Shown: piece after piece, positions 1 to 8,781 of the stretch
How positions within the stretch are numbered: the stretch's first letter is position 1
Layout of the letters: each line of letters begins with the position of its first letter
Source of the DNA: Candidatus Limnocylindria bacterium
Lineage (GTDB): Bacteria; Chloroflexota; Limnocylindria; QHBO01
NCBI GenBank assembly: GCA_036004845.1
Contig: DASYRA010000003.1
Location: 1-61,805 of the forward strand
Direction: 5' to 3'
Length of the DNA stretch: 61,805 nucleotides
The notes under the pieces: generated by a model
The model's database searches: none
Seen by the model: only the letters and a program-made list of their open reading frames with translations
What the model was told of the DNA's origin: nothing
Position numbers and translations under genes: made by a program

Positions 1-562
1 CGAGGTCCAGGTGCGCCCGGACGGTATTGACCTTCGGCACCAGCATTCGCTCAAGCATGCCCATGACGAGTGGTCGGGCGACCCAATCGCGGAGACGCCC
101 CAGCGGCCCGCGAGCTGGCGCAAAGCCCGGGCCGAACGGCGGGGCGTCGCGCGAGCTGAGCGCCAGCGGGTAGGGGCAGAAGGTCGCCCACGGGCCACCC
201 CACGCCTCCGCTGCCGCCAGGGCCCCCCAGCAGTTGATGTCGACGATCACCACGTCGGGTCGCACCTCATCGATCGCGCCGCGAATGTCAGGCGCGTCGT
301 GTTGAGCGCGGGCGACGAAGATCGCGACCGCGTGCGCTAGCGCGGCTCTGACGTTCGACGCCCGCCAGTCGTCGTGCTGGATGCCTTCGATGCGCTCGGA
401 GATCGGCATCGCGTCGAGGCCCAGGCTGCGCATGAGCGGCACCTCCGACGCGAGGGTCCGTACGGCCACGAGGTGACCGCGCTGGCGCAGCTCACTGAGG
501 ATCGGCGTGAGCGGATAAAGATGCCCTCGGGCTGGCGAGGTGTAGGCCAGGATTTGCGCCAT
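1..562 (-). CDS. GT1-family (MGT / macrolide-type UDP-) glycosyltransferase, N-terminal ~187 codons; the gene continues beyond the window start
   Basis: Not in the ORF track because there is no stop inside the window. My translation of complement(1..562) from the ATG at 560-562 gives MAQILAYTSPARGHLYPLTPILSELRQRGHLVAVRTLASEVPLMRSLGLDAMP... The ..GH..P...L..RGH.V N-terminus is typical of GT1 MGT enzymes. GC3 is high. The ATG shares one base with the TGA of the upstream TetR gene (TGATG). Confidence 0.7.
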   Translation of the reverse strand, partial: MAQILAYTSPARGHLYPLTPILSELRQRGHLVAVRTLASEVPLMRSLGLDAMPISERIEGIQHDDWRASNVRAALAHAVAIFVARAQHDAPDIRGAIDEVRPDVVIVDINCWGALAAAEAWGGPWATFCPYPLALSSRDAPPFGPGFAPARGPLGRLRDWVARPLVMGMLERMLVPKVNTVRAHLDL

Positions 563-1146
563 CACGGTGCCTCCAGTAGGGGGTCCAGCAGCTCGAGCAA
601 GGCCAGTTCCGTCTGCCGCCGGCTGAGCCCGGCGTCGCGACGGAGCAGCTTCCAGGTGTAGACGTCGCAGACCGTGACGATTTGAGCAAGGCGCCGCTCA
701 TGCTCCACGCCGGTCAGGCGCACGAGTGTCGATGCAAAGGCTTGTGCGCACCAGTAGCGATGCATGCGCCGTCCGCGATCGGCGATCGTCCGGAGAGACG
801 GGAAGCGGACCTCCTCGGCGAGCATTCGGAGCACGCGGTCGCCCATCGCCTCGTAGTGCTTTGTCAGTTGGGCGATCGCGGCCGTCGAATCCGTCACGAC
901 GGATGGGTCCCGTTCCCTGCCGATCTTGGCCGACTCTCGCTCGACGGCCGCTGCGAGCAGCCCCTCCTTGCCGCCGAAGTGCCGGATGACGGTCTGAACC
1001 GAGACGCCGGCGCGCCGAGCCACGTCATCGAGCCTGAGCTGATCGCTGGGCTGGTCCCAGAACGCTGCGACCGCGGCGTCCAGGATGCGTTCGGCCGTTG
1101 CCGCGGCATTCGTGGCGCGAGCCGCCATCCGATAGGGTCGGCGCAT
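562..1146 (-). CDS. TetR-family transcriptional regulator
   Basis: ORF 562..1158(-). The HTH region is AERILDAAVAAFWDQPSDQLRLDDVARRAGVSVQTVIRHFGGKEGLL. The start is set at the first ATG (1144-1146). GTG at 1158 or ATG at 1128 are also possible. Confidence 0.85.
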   Translation of the reverse strand: MRRPYRMAARATNAAATAERILDAAVAAFWDQPSDQLRLDDVARRAGVSVQTVIRHFGGKEGLLAAAVERESAKIGRERDPSVVTDSTAAIAQLTKHYEAMGDRVLRMLAEEVRFPSLRTIADRGRRMHRYWCAQAFASTLVRLTGVEHERRLAQIVTVCDVYTWKLLRRDAGLSRRQTELALLELLDPLLEAP

Positions 1147-1147
1147 A

Positions 1148-1173
1148 GCTAATTTCACGTTAGTAACATTAGC
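1148..1173. promoter_or_regulatory. inverted repeat GCTAAT-N14-ATTAGC in an AT-rich divergent intergenic region (candidate TetR operator)
   Basis: Read directly: GCTAAT at 1148-1153 and ATTAGC at 1168-1173. The inner GTTAgTAAC is itself a half-palindrome. The site lies between the TetR start and the cupin gene. Confidence 0.35.
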
Positions 1174-1227
1174 ACCAATATGCTAGGCTGGGCGGCAACG
1201 AATAACCAACCCATTCCGGAGGTCGCC

Positions 1228-1773
1228 ATGCGGAGCACGAGCCTGCCAGAGACACTCGACTTCAGACCGTCGATAAGACAGACCATGGTGATTACCAGGA
1301 AGTCGCTGGAGACCGACGGGCAGATCTCCCGGGTCGAGATCGACCTAGAAGGGGGTCAAGGCGGCCCTCCCGCCCACATTCATCCCGGGCAACGAGAGAT
1401 CTACACCGTCGACGCCGGAGAGCTGGTCGTAACCATCGATGGCGAGAGTCATGTGATCAGTGGCGGGGAGTCCATCGAGGTCGCAACCGGTTCCGCGCAC
1501 ACGTTCGCCAATCAATCCGACAAGCTGGTGCGGTTCTCCGCGGAGCACCTGCCGGCCCTGCAGATCGAGGAGTACATGCGACTCGTCCACCGGACTGTCG
1601 AAGGTAAGAAACTCACCCTGCCAGTGATCCTGCGCGTCGTTTGCATCGAAAGTTCCTACGGAGACACCATCGTGGCTCCGCCCGGAATGGCTCGAACGGT
1701 GGGCAAGATCATGGCAGGCGTCGGGAGGCTGGTCGGCTACCCCACAGGCGAGGAACTGGCGGCCTCGCTTTAG
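1228..1773 (+). CDS. cupin-domain protein
   Basis: ORF 1180..1773. Cupin motifs: HIHPGQREIYTV..GELVVTIDGESHVISGGESIEVATGSAHTFAN. I prefer the ATG at 1228 because GGAGG (1218-1222) lies 5 nt upstream. Confidence 0.75.
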   Translation: MRSTSLPETLDFRPSIRQTMVITRKSLETDGQISRVEIDLEGGQGGPPAHIHPGQREIYTVDAGELVVTIDGESHVISGGESIEVATGSAHTFANQSDKLVRFSAEHLPALQIEEYMRLVHRTVEGKKLTLPVILRVVCIESSYGDTIVAPPGMARTVGKIMAGVGRLVGYPTGEELAASL

Positions 1774-1781
1774 ACGAAATT

Positions 1782-1858
1782 TGGTACCGCATACCGGATT
1801 CGAACCGGTGATCTCCGCCTTGAGAGGGCGGTGTCCTAGGCCTCTAGACGAATGCGGC
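1782..1858 (-). tRNA. tRNA-Glu: tRNA-Glu (anticodon CUC), CCA encoded
   Basis: The reverse complement folds by hand into a cloverleaf: acceptor GCCGCAT/ATGCGGT, anticodon stem CCGCC/GGCGG with loop CTCTCAA (anticodon CTC), T arm ACCGG-TTCGAAT-CCGGT, discriminator A, then CCA. The D arm GTCTAGAGGCCTAGGAC is Glu-like. Confidence 0.9.
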
Positions 1859-1930
1859 ACGGGTCACGGCACTGGGCCGCGGGACGGGCCGGAGTATAGC
1901 AAGCGACCCTGATCGGGCCCAAACGAGGAC

Positions 1931-2788
1931 CTAGCGGGCTGCGGCTCCGGCCAGCGAGGCGATCATCACGTGCCGCCGCTCCTCGAGCCAGCCGAGGACC
2001 GAGCCGGCAACCTGCGGCCAGCTCTCCGAACCCATCACCAGCCCGAAATGCGATGCGCCGGGGAAGTACTCGTAGGTGGCCCCCAGCAGGTCGGCGGTGC
2101 GCCGCGCCTCCGAGGGATGGACGACGTCGTCCCGCCCGGCCCCGATGACCAGGGCCGGCACGGTGATGCGCTCCGTCTCGACCGGGACGCCGAGCATCCG
2201 CTCACGCCGTGCGCTGCCGGACTCGCGCGCGCCCGCCAGCATCTCCTGCATCTTCTCCAGCTCGTCGTCGTTCATGTCCGGCATCGCCTCGTGGAGCTTC
2301 TCCCAGGGCTGGATCCAGCCCCACCAGGTCGCGTCATAGACGTCGGGAACCAGCTTCAGCTCGTGCTCGATGGGGCGCCGTGGCAGGGCCGCGGCGGGGG
2401 GCGACGGTGCGAGCAGGACGAGGCCCAGGACGCGGTTGTGCTCCGCGTACAGCATCGCCGCCAGGGCGCCGATGCCCCAGCCGATCACAATCGGCGGACG
2501 GCCAAGCTGGCGGATGGCCACGCCGATGTCGGTCGCGTAGTCCCGCATCCGCGTCTCGCTCAGGTCCGCCACGTCCGAGGTGTAGTGCCCGCGCAGGTTC
2601 ATAGCGTGCGCTTCCCACCCGCGCTCCGCGAAGTAGGCTCCAAAGCTCGACCACAGCCACGAGCCGGTGAGGGCGCCATGCACCAGCAGCAGCGGTGGCT
2701 TGCGGCTGCGCCGCTCCGGCTGCTGGGTCTCGACGTAGATCCCCTCCGGATCGATGTAGACCTCGTCGCGTTTAATGGCCTGGACCAC
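1931..2788 (-). CDS. alpha/beta-hydrolase-fold protein (nucleophile position is Gly)
   Basis: 285-aa ORF with a GTG start. LLLVHGALTGSWLW.., elbow VIGWGIGALAA, acid GAGRDDVV, His PGASHFG. It starts 4 nt after the DUF1015 stop. Confidence 0.8.
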   Translation of the reverse strand: MVQAIKRDEVYIDPEGIYVETQQPERRSRKPPLLLVHGALTGSWLWSSFGAYFAERGWEAHAMNLRGHYTSDVADLSETRMRDYATDIGVAIRQLGRPPIVIGWGIGALAAMLYAEHNRVLGLVLLAPSPPAAALPRRPIEHELKLVPDVYDATWWGWIQPWEKLHEAMPDMNDDELEKMQEMLAGARESGSARRERMLGVPVETERITVPALVIGAGRDDVVHPSEARRTADLLGATYEYFPGASHFGLVMGSESWPQVAGSVLGWLEERRHVMIASLAGAAAR

Positions 2789-2792
2789 GCTG

Positions 2793-4103
2793 CTACTCGC
2801 CCTCCAGTGGGTAGAAGACCAAGCCGGTCAGCAGCTTGGGATAGAAGTAGGTCGACTTCTGGGGCATCACGTCGCCGGCGCTGGCCACGGCGGCCAGCTG
2901 CTCGAGTCGGGTGGGACGCACCAGGATCGCGGCCTTCGCCTCGCCGCTCGCCACGGCGCGGATCGCGTCGGCCGCGCTCCTAGTGTAGGCCAGCGCGTCG
3001 CCGGTGGCGATGGTGCCAGGCTCGATCCCGAGCCGATCATCGAGGATCGAGACGTGCAGGATGGCGAGGTCCAGCCCACGGACAGCCGCACTCATCGGCT
3101 CGCGACGCATCCGGTCGTCCGCGGCGTCGGTGTCGCCAACCAGGAGGAAGCCCTCATCGCCAGGCAGCACCAGCCCAAAGACGGGCTGCTCGGCCGCCTG
3201 CAGCTGGGCGAGCCGCGCGGCCAGCTCCCCCGGCGCCACCGGGATCGCCTGCCAGATCGGGTCTGGATCGCGTATCAGCGAACGCAGGGCATCGTCGTCC
3301 GCATTGCGGATGAGCCGATGCGTGGCCTGGATCTCGAGCTCCTCGCGCTCCGCGTTGACGAGCACCACCATGATCCAGTCCGCGGCCAGGGAGCCCGGCT
3401 CGGCATCGGCCATCGCCGGGAGGGATCGGATCGCCGCCTGGTAGGCCAGGGCGGTCTCATACCGATGATGGCCGTCGGCGATGTAGAGCTGTTGGCGCGA
3501 CAGGTGATCGACCAGCCGTGCGTCCGGCTCGATCGCAGCCAGCGAGTGAAGGAGGCCGTCGCCGTCCCGGGCGCGCCATTCATCGCTCCACGGGAGGCCC
3601 AGCAGGTGGTCGTGGTGGGCGGAACGGTCGAAATAGATCGCCAGGATGGGCGAGAGCTGGGTGCGCGTGGCTTCCAGCAGCGCCAGCCGATCGGCCTTCG
3701 GCCCGGCCAGGGTGTGCTCGTGGGCCCGGACGCCCGTCCCGAGGGGCTCGAGCAGGAGCCTGGCCACCACGCCGCTGACCGAAGGCTGATCCGGTGCCGC
3801 CGGGCGCGCGTGACGGTAGTAGTACACCGATGGCTCCGCCCGTCCCTCGAGGGTGCCATCACCCTGCCACGCCCGGAGCGTGGCTGCCGCGGCGGCATGC
3901 GGATCCGGCTGGGCGGAGAGCTCCAGCCGCACCGCGTTGCGCTGGCTGCGCTCCAGCAGCTCGACCTGCTGGGCCGGTGTGATCACGTCGTACGGCGGGC
4001 AGACGACCTCCGTCAGGTCGGCGATGCGCATCCCCGCCGGAGCGGGGCTGGCGTAGCGGTCCAGCGCGTAGCCGAGCCCGCGGAACGGGCGGAGGGTGGG
4101 CAT
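2793..4103 (-). CDS. DUF1015-family protein
   Basis: 436 aa. N-terminus MPTLRPFRGL.., and the YIADGHHRYETALAY signature I associate with DUF1015. Confidence 0.85.
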   Translation of the reverse strand: MPTLRPFRGLGYALDRYASPAPAGMRIADLTEVVCPPYDVITPAQQVELLERSQRNAVRLELSAQPDPHAAAAATLRAWQGDGTLEGRAEPSVYYYRHARPAAPDQPSVSGVVARLLLEPLGTGVRAHEHTLAGPKADRLALLEATRTQLSPILAIYFDRSAHHDHLLGLPWSDEWRARDGDGLLHSLAAIEPDARLVDHLSRQQLYIADGHHRYETALAYQAAIRSLPAMADAEPGSLAADWIMVVLVNAEREELEIQATHRLIRNADDDALRSLIRDPDPIWQAIPVAPGELAARLAQLQAAEQPVFGLVLPGDEGFLLVGDTDAADDRMRREPMSAAVRGLDLAILHVSILDDRLGIEPGTIATGDALAYTRSAADAIRAVASGEAKAAILVRPTRLEQLAAVASAGDVMPQKSTYFYPKLLTGLVFYPLEGE

Positions 4104-4217
4104 CCGCGGAGTGTACCGGTGCCGCCGCCAGGTGCTCGTCAGGCCGGCCTGAAACTGCGGCGCCCCGCGCGGCGTCTACACTCCTGACCACTTGAGTCGC
4201 ACCGTTCGCGAGGTCCG

Positions 4218-6650
4218 ATGACGCACCGTCCCGGCCGCCTGGCTCGTCTCGCCACCGCCGCGTTTCTGGCCGGGCTGATGCTGCCGGCCGTATCGGCCCC
4301 TGCCGGTGCTGCCGACGCGATCACCATGGAGGCTCGCGCCCTGGTCGGCGGCCGTTTCGAGTCCAACGGCTGGATCGCCGTCGCCGCCACCCTGACCAAC
4401 GGGGGCGCTCCCGTCACCGGCTACCTCGCCGCCGACGGCGAGGACGGCACCGTGCGGCGCTTCGTCGAGCTCCCGGCCGGGGCTCACAAGCTCGTCACCC
4501 TCTACCTGCGGCCCGCATCCTTCGTCCGCACGATTGCGCTGCGCTTTGAATCAGTCGCCGGCGCCTCGCTGGCGAATGCCAGTACGGACGCGAAGGTCCT
4601 CGAGCGCACCAGCGGCCACGTGGCAATCGTGGGCGACGGGGCCGGCAACCTCCGGCCACAGCTGATCGCGCGCGGCGGCGGCTTCCCCGAGCCCATCCCG
4701 CTCGCCCCGGCTGACCTGCCGGAGCGACCCGAGCCGTTGCGCGGCATCGAGACGATCCTGTGGGCAGCGGATTCCAGCGGCCTGACCGAGGCGCAGCAGC
4801 GCGCGCTCGAGCGATGGGTCGCGGCGGGCGGGCAGCTCGTCGTGCTGGGTGGGCCGGACTGGCAGGCGCGCTCGGCCGCCTTCGATGCATTGCTCCCGGT
4901 CGACCATCTCGTGTCGCATGACGGCAGCAGCGCCGCCGCCCTGGCTGCCTGGGCCGGCGTCGACGCCCCGGAAGGCACCGATCCGCTCACCACCGCGGTC
5001 GGTGACCTGCGAGCGGGTGCGGTGTCGCTAGTACGCGATGCGTCCGGTGGAACGCTGTTCGCGGCCGTCACCCGCGGGGCCGGGCGGGTCGGCTTCCTGG
5101 GGATCGACCTCGCCACCGAACCGTTCCGCTCGTGGGCCGCGGCGCCGTCGCTCTGGACACGGCTGATCCCCGACGATCGGGTCATCGAGCAGTGGGGCGG
5201 CATGGCGCCCGTCGACGAGGACGTCGCCAACGTGATGAGCCAGGCGCTCGGCAACCTGCCGTCGCTGGCGGTGCCGCCCGCCGAGCTGCTGCTGGTCGTG
5301 ATCGTGGGCTACATCCTCCTCATCGGCCCGTTGAGCTACGTCGTCCTCCGCCGCCTCGACCGTCGCGAGCTCGCCTGGGTTGTGGCGCCGATCTTGGTGA
5401 TCGTCTTCTCCGGGGTGTCGTACGGCATCGGCTCCGCGATGAAGGGCAACCAGATCATCCTCAACCAGATCGCCGTCGTTCGCAGCTCGACCGACGGCAC
5501 CGCCGCATCGGTGTCGACATACGCGGGGATCTTCAGCCCCAACCGGGCGACCTACGACCTGACCGTGCGCGGGGACGCCCTCCTCTCCGCGCTGGTTGTG
5601 AACAACGGTGACCCGTCGCTCGGCGTGCAGGGCGTCAACTACGCCACCGAGCAGGGCGATCCGGCGCACCTGCGCGGGCTGGCGGTCAATGTCTTCGGGC
5701 TCCAGGCCATCCGCGCCGAGGCCGTCATCGCCTACACGCCGTCGCTGCGGGTCACGTGGGCGGTGCTCGAGGCAAACCTCGAGGGTCGGGCGACCAATGA
5801 AGGCACGAAGCCGATGGAGGACGTGGCCGTCATCAGCCAGAGCGGCGGGGTGATGGTCGGCGACCTGGCGCCCGGCGAATCGAAGACCTTCCGCATGCCG
5901 CTGCGCAACCTGAGCGGCGCGCCGGCGTCGCAGCAGGTGTATGGCGACATGAATTTCGACGTCAGCAGCGTCGCGCAGCGCCAGGTGTTCGTCCGCAGCC
6001 AGGTGATCGACTCGCTCGTCGGCTACGGTGGCGGCTTCCCGGGCAAGATGGGGGGTGCCTCGGGTGGCATCGACCGCGGGCCGTACCTCATCGGCTGGGA
6101 GGCTGACGCGTCGCCACTCGAGGTGGAGCTCGACGGGCAGCGCGTCCAGCGCTACGCCCAGGCCGTGGAGGTGGTCTCCGGCCGTGCGGCGCTGGGACCC
6201 GGCGCGGTGACCATCAGCCCAGGCGAGCTGAGCAATGAGATCCTGGGCACCGAGGGAGAGGCGTCGCAGCCGCAGCCGGGCTTCGTGAACCTGGCGAACG
6301 GTGAGGTCACCTTCCGGCTCGGGCTGCCACTCGAAGCGACCGGCCTGGTGCCGAGCAACGTGACGATCCTCGTCGGCAGCGACCCCGGCATGATCTTCTT
6401 CGACCAGGAGAACGTGGGCTCCTTCCTGCCGGGTGGGTATCGCCTCGCCGTGTACGACACCGCCGCGGCCGACTGGATCGACCTGGGCGACCTCGGGCAG
6501 CGCGGCCGCTTCGACGTCGACGATCCGGCCCACGTCTTCGATGCGGCCGGTCGCATCCTGGTGCGGATCAGCGGATCGGGCCTGCCCGCCAACATCGGCC
6601 AGATCCCGGTCTTTGCGGGCGCGCGGGTGACGGGGGTGATCGCCCAATGA
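4218..6650 (+). CDS. 810-aa exported/membrane protein and candidate GldG-type accessory component of the adjacent ABC-2 exporter. It has a signal peptide, a GATase1/ThuA-like stretch, two central TM helices and a large C-terminal extracytoplasmic region
   Basis: Signal peptide LATAAFLAGLMLPAVSAPAGAADA. ILWAADSSGLTEAQQRALERWVAAGGQLVVLGGPDW. TM helices LLLVVIVGYILLIGPLSYVVL and LAWVVAPILVIVFSGVSYGIG. GAGG lies 4 nt before the ATG, and the stop overlaps the next start (ATGA). Confidence 0.8.
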   Translation: MTHRPGRLARLATAAFLAGLMLPAVSAPAGAADAITMEARALVGGRFESNGWIAVAATLTNGGAPVTGYLAADGEDGTVRRFVELPAGAHKLVTLYLRPASFVRTIALRFESVAGASLANASTDAKVLERTSGHVAIVGDGAGNLRPQLIARGGGFPEPIPLAPADLPERPEPLRGIETILWAADSSGLTEAQQRALERWVAAGGQLVVLGGPDWQARSAAFDALLPVDHLVSHDGSSAAALAAWAGVDAPEGTDPLTTAVGDLRAGAVSLVRDASGGTLFAAVTRGAGRVGFLGIDLATEPFRSWAAAPSLWTRLIPDDRVIEQWGGMAPVDEDVANVMSQALGNLPSLAVPPAELLLVVIVGYILLIGPLSYVVLRRLDRRELAWVVAPILVIVFSGVSYGIGSAMKGNQIILNQIAVVRSSTDGTAASVSTYAGIFSPNRATYDLTVRGDALLSALVVNNGDPSLGVQGVNYATEQGDPAHLRGLAVNVFGLQAIRAEAVIAYTPSLRVTWAVLEANLEGRATNEGTKPMEDVAVISQSGGVMVGDLAPGESKTFRMPLRNLSGAPASQQVYGDMNFDVSSVAQRQVFVRSQVIDSLVGYGGGFPGKMGGASGGIDRGPYLIGWEADASPLEVELDGQRVQRYAQAVEVVSGRAALGPGAVTISPGELSNEILGTEGEASQPQPGFVNLANGEVTFRLGLPLEATGLVPSNVTILVGSDPGMIFFDQENVGSFLPGGYRLAVYDTAAADWIDLGDLGQRGRFDVDDPAHVFDAAGRILVRISGSGLPANIGQIPVFAGARVTGVIAQ

Positions 6651-7609
6651 CCGGCATCATCGAGACGCGCGGGCTGGTCAAGCGCTATGACGGCGAGCTC
6701 GCCGTGGCTGGGATCGACCTCGTGGTCGCGGCGGGCGAGATCTACGGCCTGGTGGGGCCAAACGGTGCGGGCAAGACGACCACGATGCGCATCCTGGCCA
6801 CCCTGCTGGCGCCCACCGCCGGAGAGGCGATGGTGTGCGGGGTGGGGGTCACCTCCGACCCGATCGAGGTGCGCCGGCGGATCGGCTACATGCCGGACTT
6901 CTACGGCGTCTATGACGACATGCGGGTCTGGGAGTACCTGGACTTCTTCGCGCGCTGCTACTCCGTGCCGGCGGCACGACGGGTCGGGATGATCGGGGAG
7001 CTCCTCGAGATCGTCGGCCTGGGCGACCGGCGGGATTCGTACGTCGAGGCGCTCTCACGCGGAATGCGACAGCGGCTGTGCCTCGCGCACACGCTCGTCC
7101 ACGACCCCCAGCTGCTCATCCTCGACGAGCCGGCCTCCGGACTCGACCCCCGAGCCCGGGTGGAGATGCGCGAGATCCTGCGCGAGCTGAGCGGGATGGG
7201 CAAGACGATCCTGGTCAGCAGCCACATCCTCCCGGAGCTGGCGGAGCTCTGCACCTCGGTCGGCATCATGGATCACGGCCGCCTGCTGCGCTCGGGTCGC
7301 ATCGAGGACATCGAGCGCTCCCTGCGCGCGACGGCACTCCTCCGCATCGAGGTGCTCTCCGATCCGGCGGCCGCCATCGAATGGCTGGGAACCGATGAGC
7401 GGGTCGGCGACGTCCTTGACGTAAGCGGAGCCGGTCTGACGCGCCTCGATGTGCCGTTTGATGGATCCGCCGACGAGCAGGCAGCCCTCCTGCGGAGCAT
7501 GATCCAGGCCGGCCACTTGGTGAGCAGCTTCAGTCAGACGACCAGCGACCTCGAGGAGATCTTCCTCAAGGTGACCGGCCAGGACGGCAACGAGGAGACG
7601 GCGGCATGA
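6647..7609 (+). CDS. ABC transporter ATP-binding protein (ABC-2 / CcmA-type)
   Basis: Walker A GPNGAGKTT, signature LSRGMRQRL, Walker B LILDEPASGLD. Confidence 0.92.
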   Translation: MTGIIETRGLVKRYDGELAVAGIDLVVAAGEIYGLVGPNGAGKTTTMRILATLLAPTAGEAMVCGVGVTSDPIEVRRRIGYMPDFYGVYDDMRVWEYLDFFARCYSVPAARRVGMIGELLEIVGLGDRRDSYVEALSRGMRQRLCLAHTLVHDPQLLILDEPASGLDPRARVEMREILRELSGMGKTILVSSHILPELAELCTSVGIMDHGRLLRSGRIEDIERSLRATALLRIEVLSDPAAAIEWLGTDERVGDVLDVSGAGLTRLDVPFDGSADEQAALLRSMIQAGHLVSSFSQTTSDLEEIFLKVTGQDGNEETAA

Positions 7610-8781
7610 CGACGGCAACCCTGTCTCGCGAGCCTCGGCTCCCCCGCCTGCGCGAGTTCGGCTGGTCGGTGACGACCATCATGGTCAAGGAGCTGCGCTC
7701 CCGATTCCGCGGCCGGCGGGCATTCGTCATCATCACCGTGTACCTGGGTGTCCTCGCCCTGATCGCGTACGGCGTCTACGCGGTGGTCGCGCCACAGGCG
7801 CAGATGCAGGCCCAGTTCGGCGGCGGCGGCTTTGCCAACGCGTCGGCCACCATCGGCCAGGCGATCTTCCTGCTCCTCTCGATCTTCCAGATGCTGCTGG
7901 TGGGCTTCATCGCGCCGGCCTTCACCTCCGGAGCCATCAGCCTGGAGCGAGAGAAGCAGACCCTCGACCTGCTGGTGACCACGCCGATGCGGCCCGGCGG
8001 CATCATCGTCGGCAAGCTCCTGGCCGCGCTGGCGTTCGTGGGGCTCATGATCGTGGCCGCCATCCCCATCTCGGGGCTGGTGCTGATGTACGGCGGGGCT
8101 GCGATCGACGACATCGTCCGCCAACAGGTGGTCCTGCTGGTCACGGCCCTTGGCCTCGGAGCCATCGGCCTCTTCTGGTCGGCGCTCATCAAGCGCACGC
8201 AGGCCGCCACCGTGCTCACCTACGTGACCGTCCTGGGGCTCGTAGTCGGGACCGCGATGATCTTCATCTTCTGGTCGATCGTCAGCACCCGCGACGCCGA
8301 CAACCAGTTCGGCACGCCCCGCCTCGCGCCGGAGCAGCTGCTGTGGGTCAACCCCGCGGTGGCGATGATGGACGTCGTCGCCAACACCGAGCTCGGCGGC
8401 TTCGGCGCCTTCAGCTCGCTGATGTCCACCCTGCAGGGCGGCGGCAGCTCGGGAGTCGTGTGCGATGGCGACACGTGCTTCCAGGCTGATGGCAGTGGTT
8501 TCGTCAGCGGTCCCGTCGGCGCCGGAGGGGTCGTCGTCCCGCTCGATTGCCCGCCGAACGCTCGCTGTGGCGTCGCCGGGGATGACCTGGCCGTCTTCCA
8601 GCCCCAGCCCGTCAGCGGCCACTTCTGGACTCGGTTCGTGGTCAGCTTCGCCGGCATCTCGCTGCTGCTGACCCTGGCATCGATGCGGCTGGTGGTCCCG
8701 GCGCCGATGCGCTTCGTCTTCCGCCGACGTCGCCCTGCGAAAGCGATGCGAGAGGCGATTCCCCCCGCGGAGGCCGACTGA
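7606..8781 (+). CDS. ABC-2-type permease with a Cys-containing extracytoplasmic insert
   Basis: 391 aa with multiple TM helices (VIITVYLGVLALIAYGVYAVV, AIFLLLSIFQMLLVGFIAPAF, ...). ATGA overlap with the ATPase gene. Confidence 0.8.
   Translation: MTTATLSREPRLPRLREFGWSVTTIMVKELRSRFRGRRAFVIITVYLGVLALIAYGVYAVVAPQAQMQAQFGGGGFANASATIGQAIFLLLSIFQMLLVGFIAPAFTSGAISLEREKQTLDLLVTTPMRPGGIIVGKLLAALAFVGLMIVAAIPISGLVLMYGGAAIDDIVRQQVVLLVTALGLGAIGLFWSALIKRTQAATVLTYVTVLGLVVGTAMIFIFWSIVSTRDADNQFGTPRLAPEQLLWVNPAVAMMDVVANTELGGFGAFSSLMSTLQGGGSSGVVCDGDTCFQADGSGFVSGPVGAGGVVVPLDCPPNARCGVAGDDLAVFQPQPVSGHFWTRFVVSFAGISLLLTLASMRLVVPAPMRFVFRRRRPAKAMREAIPPAEAD

Noticed and set aside
1782-1930. tRNA-Glu as a possible integration site for a genomic island.
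   Set aside because: There is no integrase, recombinase or phage gene, and I saw no repeat of the tRNA 3' half in the window. The flanking genes look like ordinary housekeeping or accessory metabolism. A possible tRNA promoter (TATACT on the minus strand, plus-strand agtata at 1893-1898) is too weakly supported to list as a feature.
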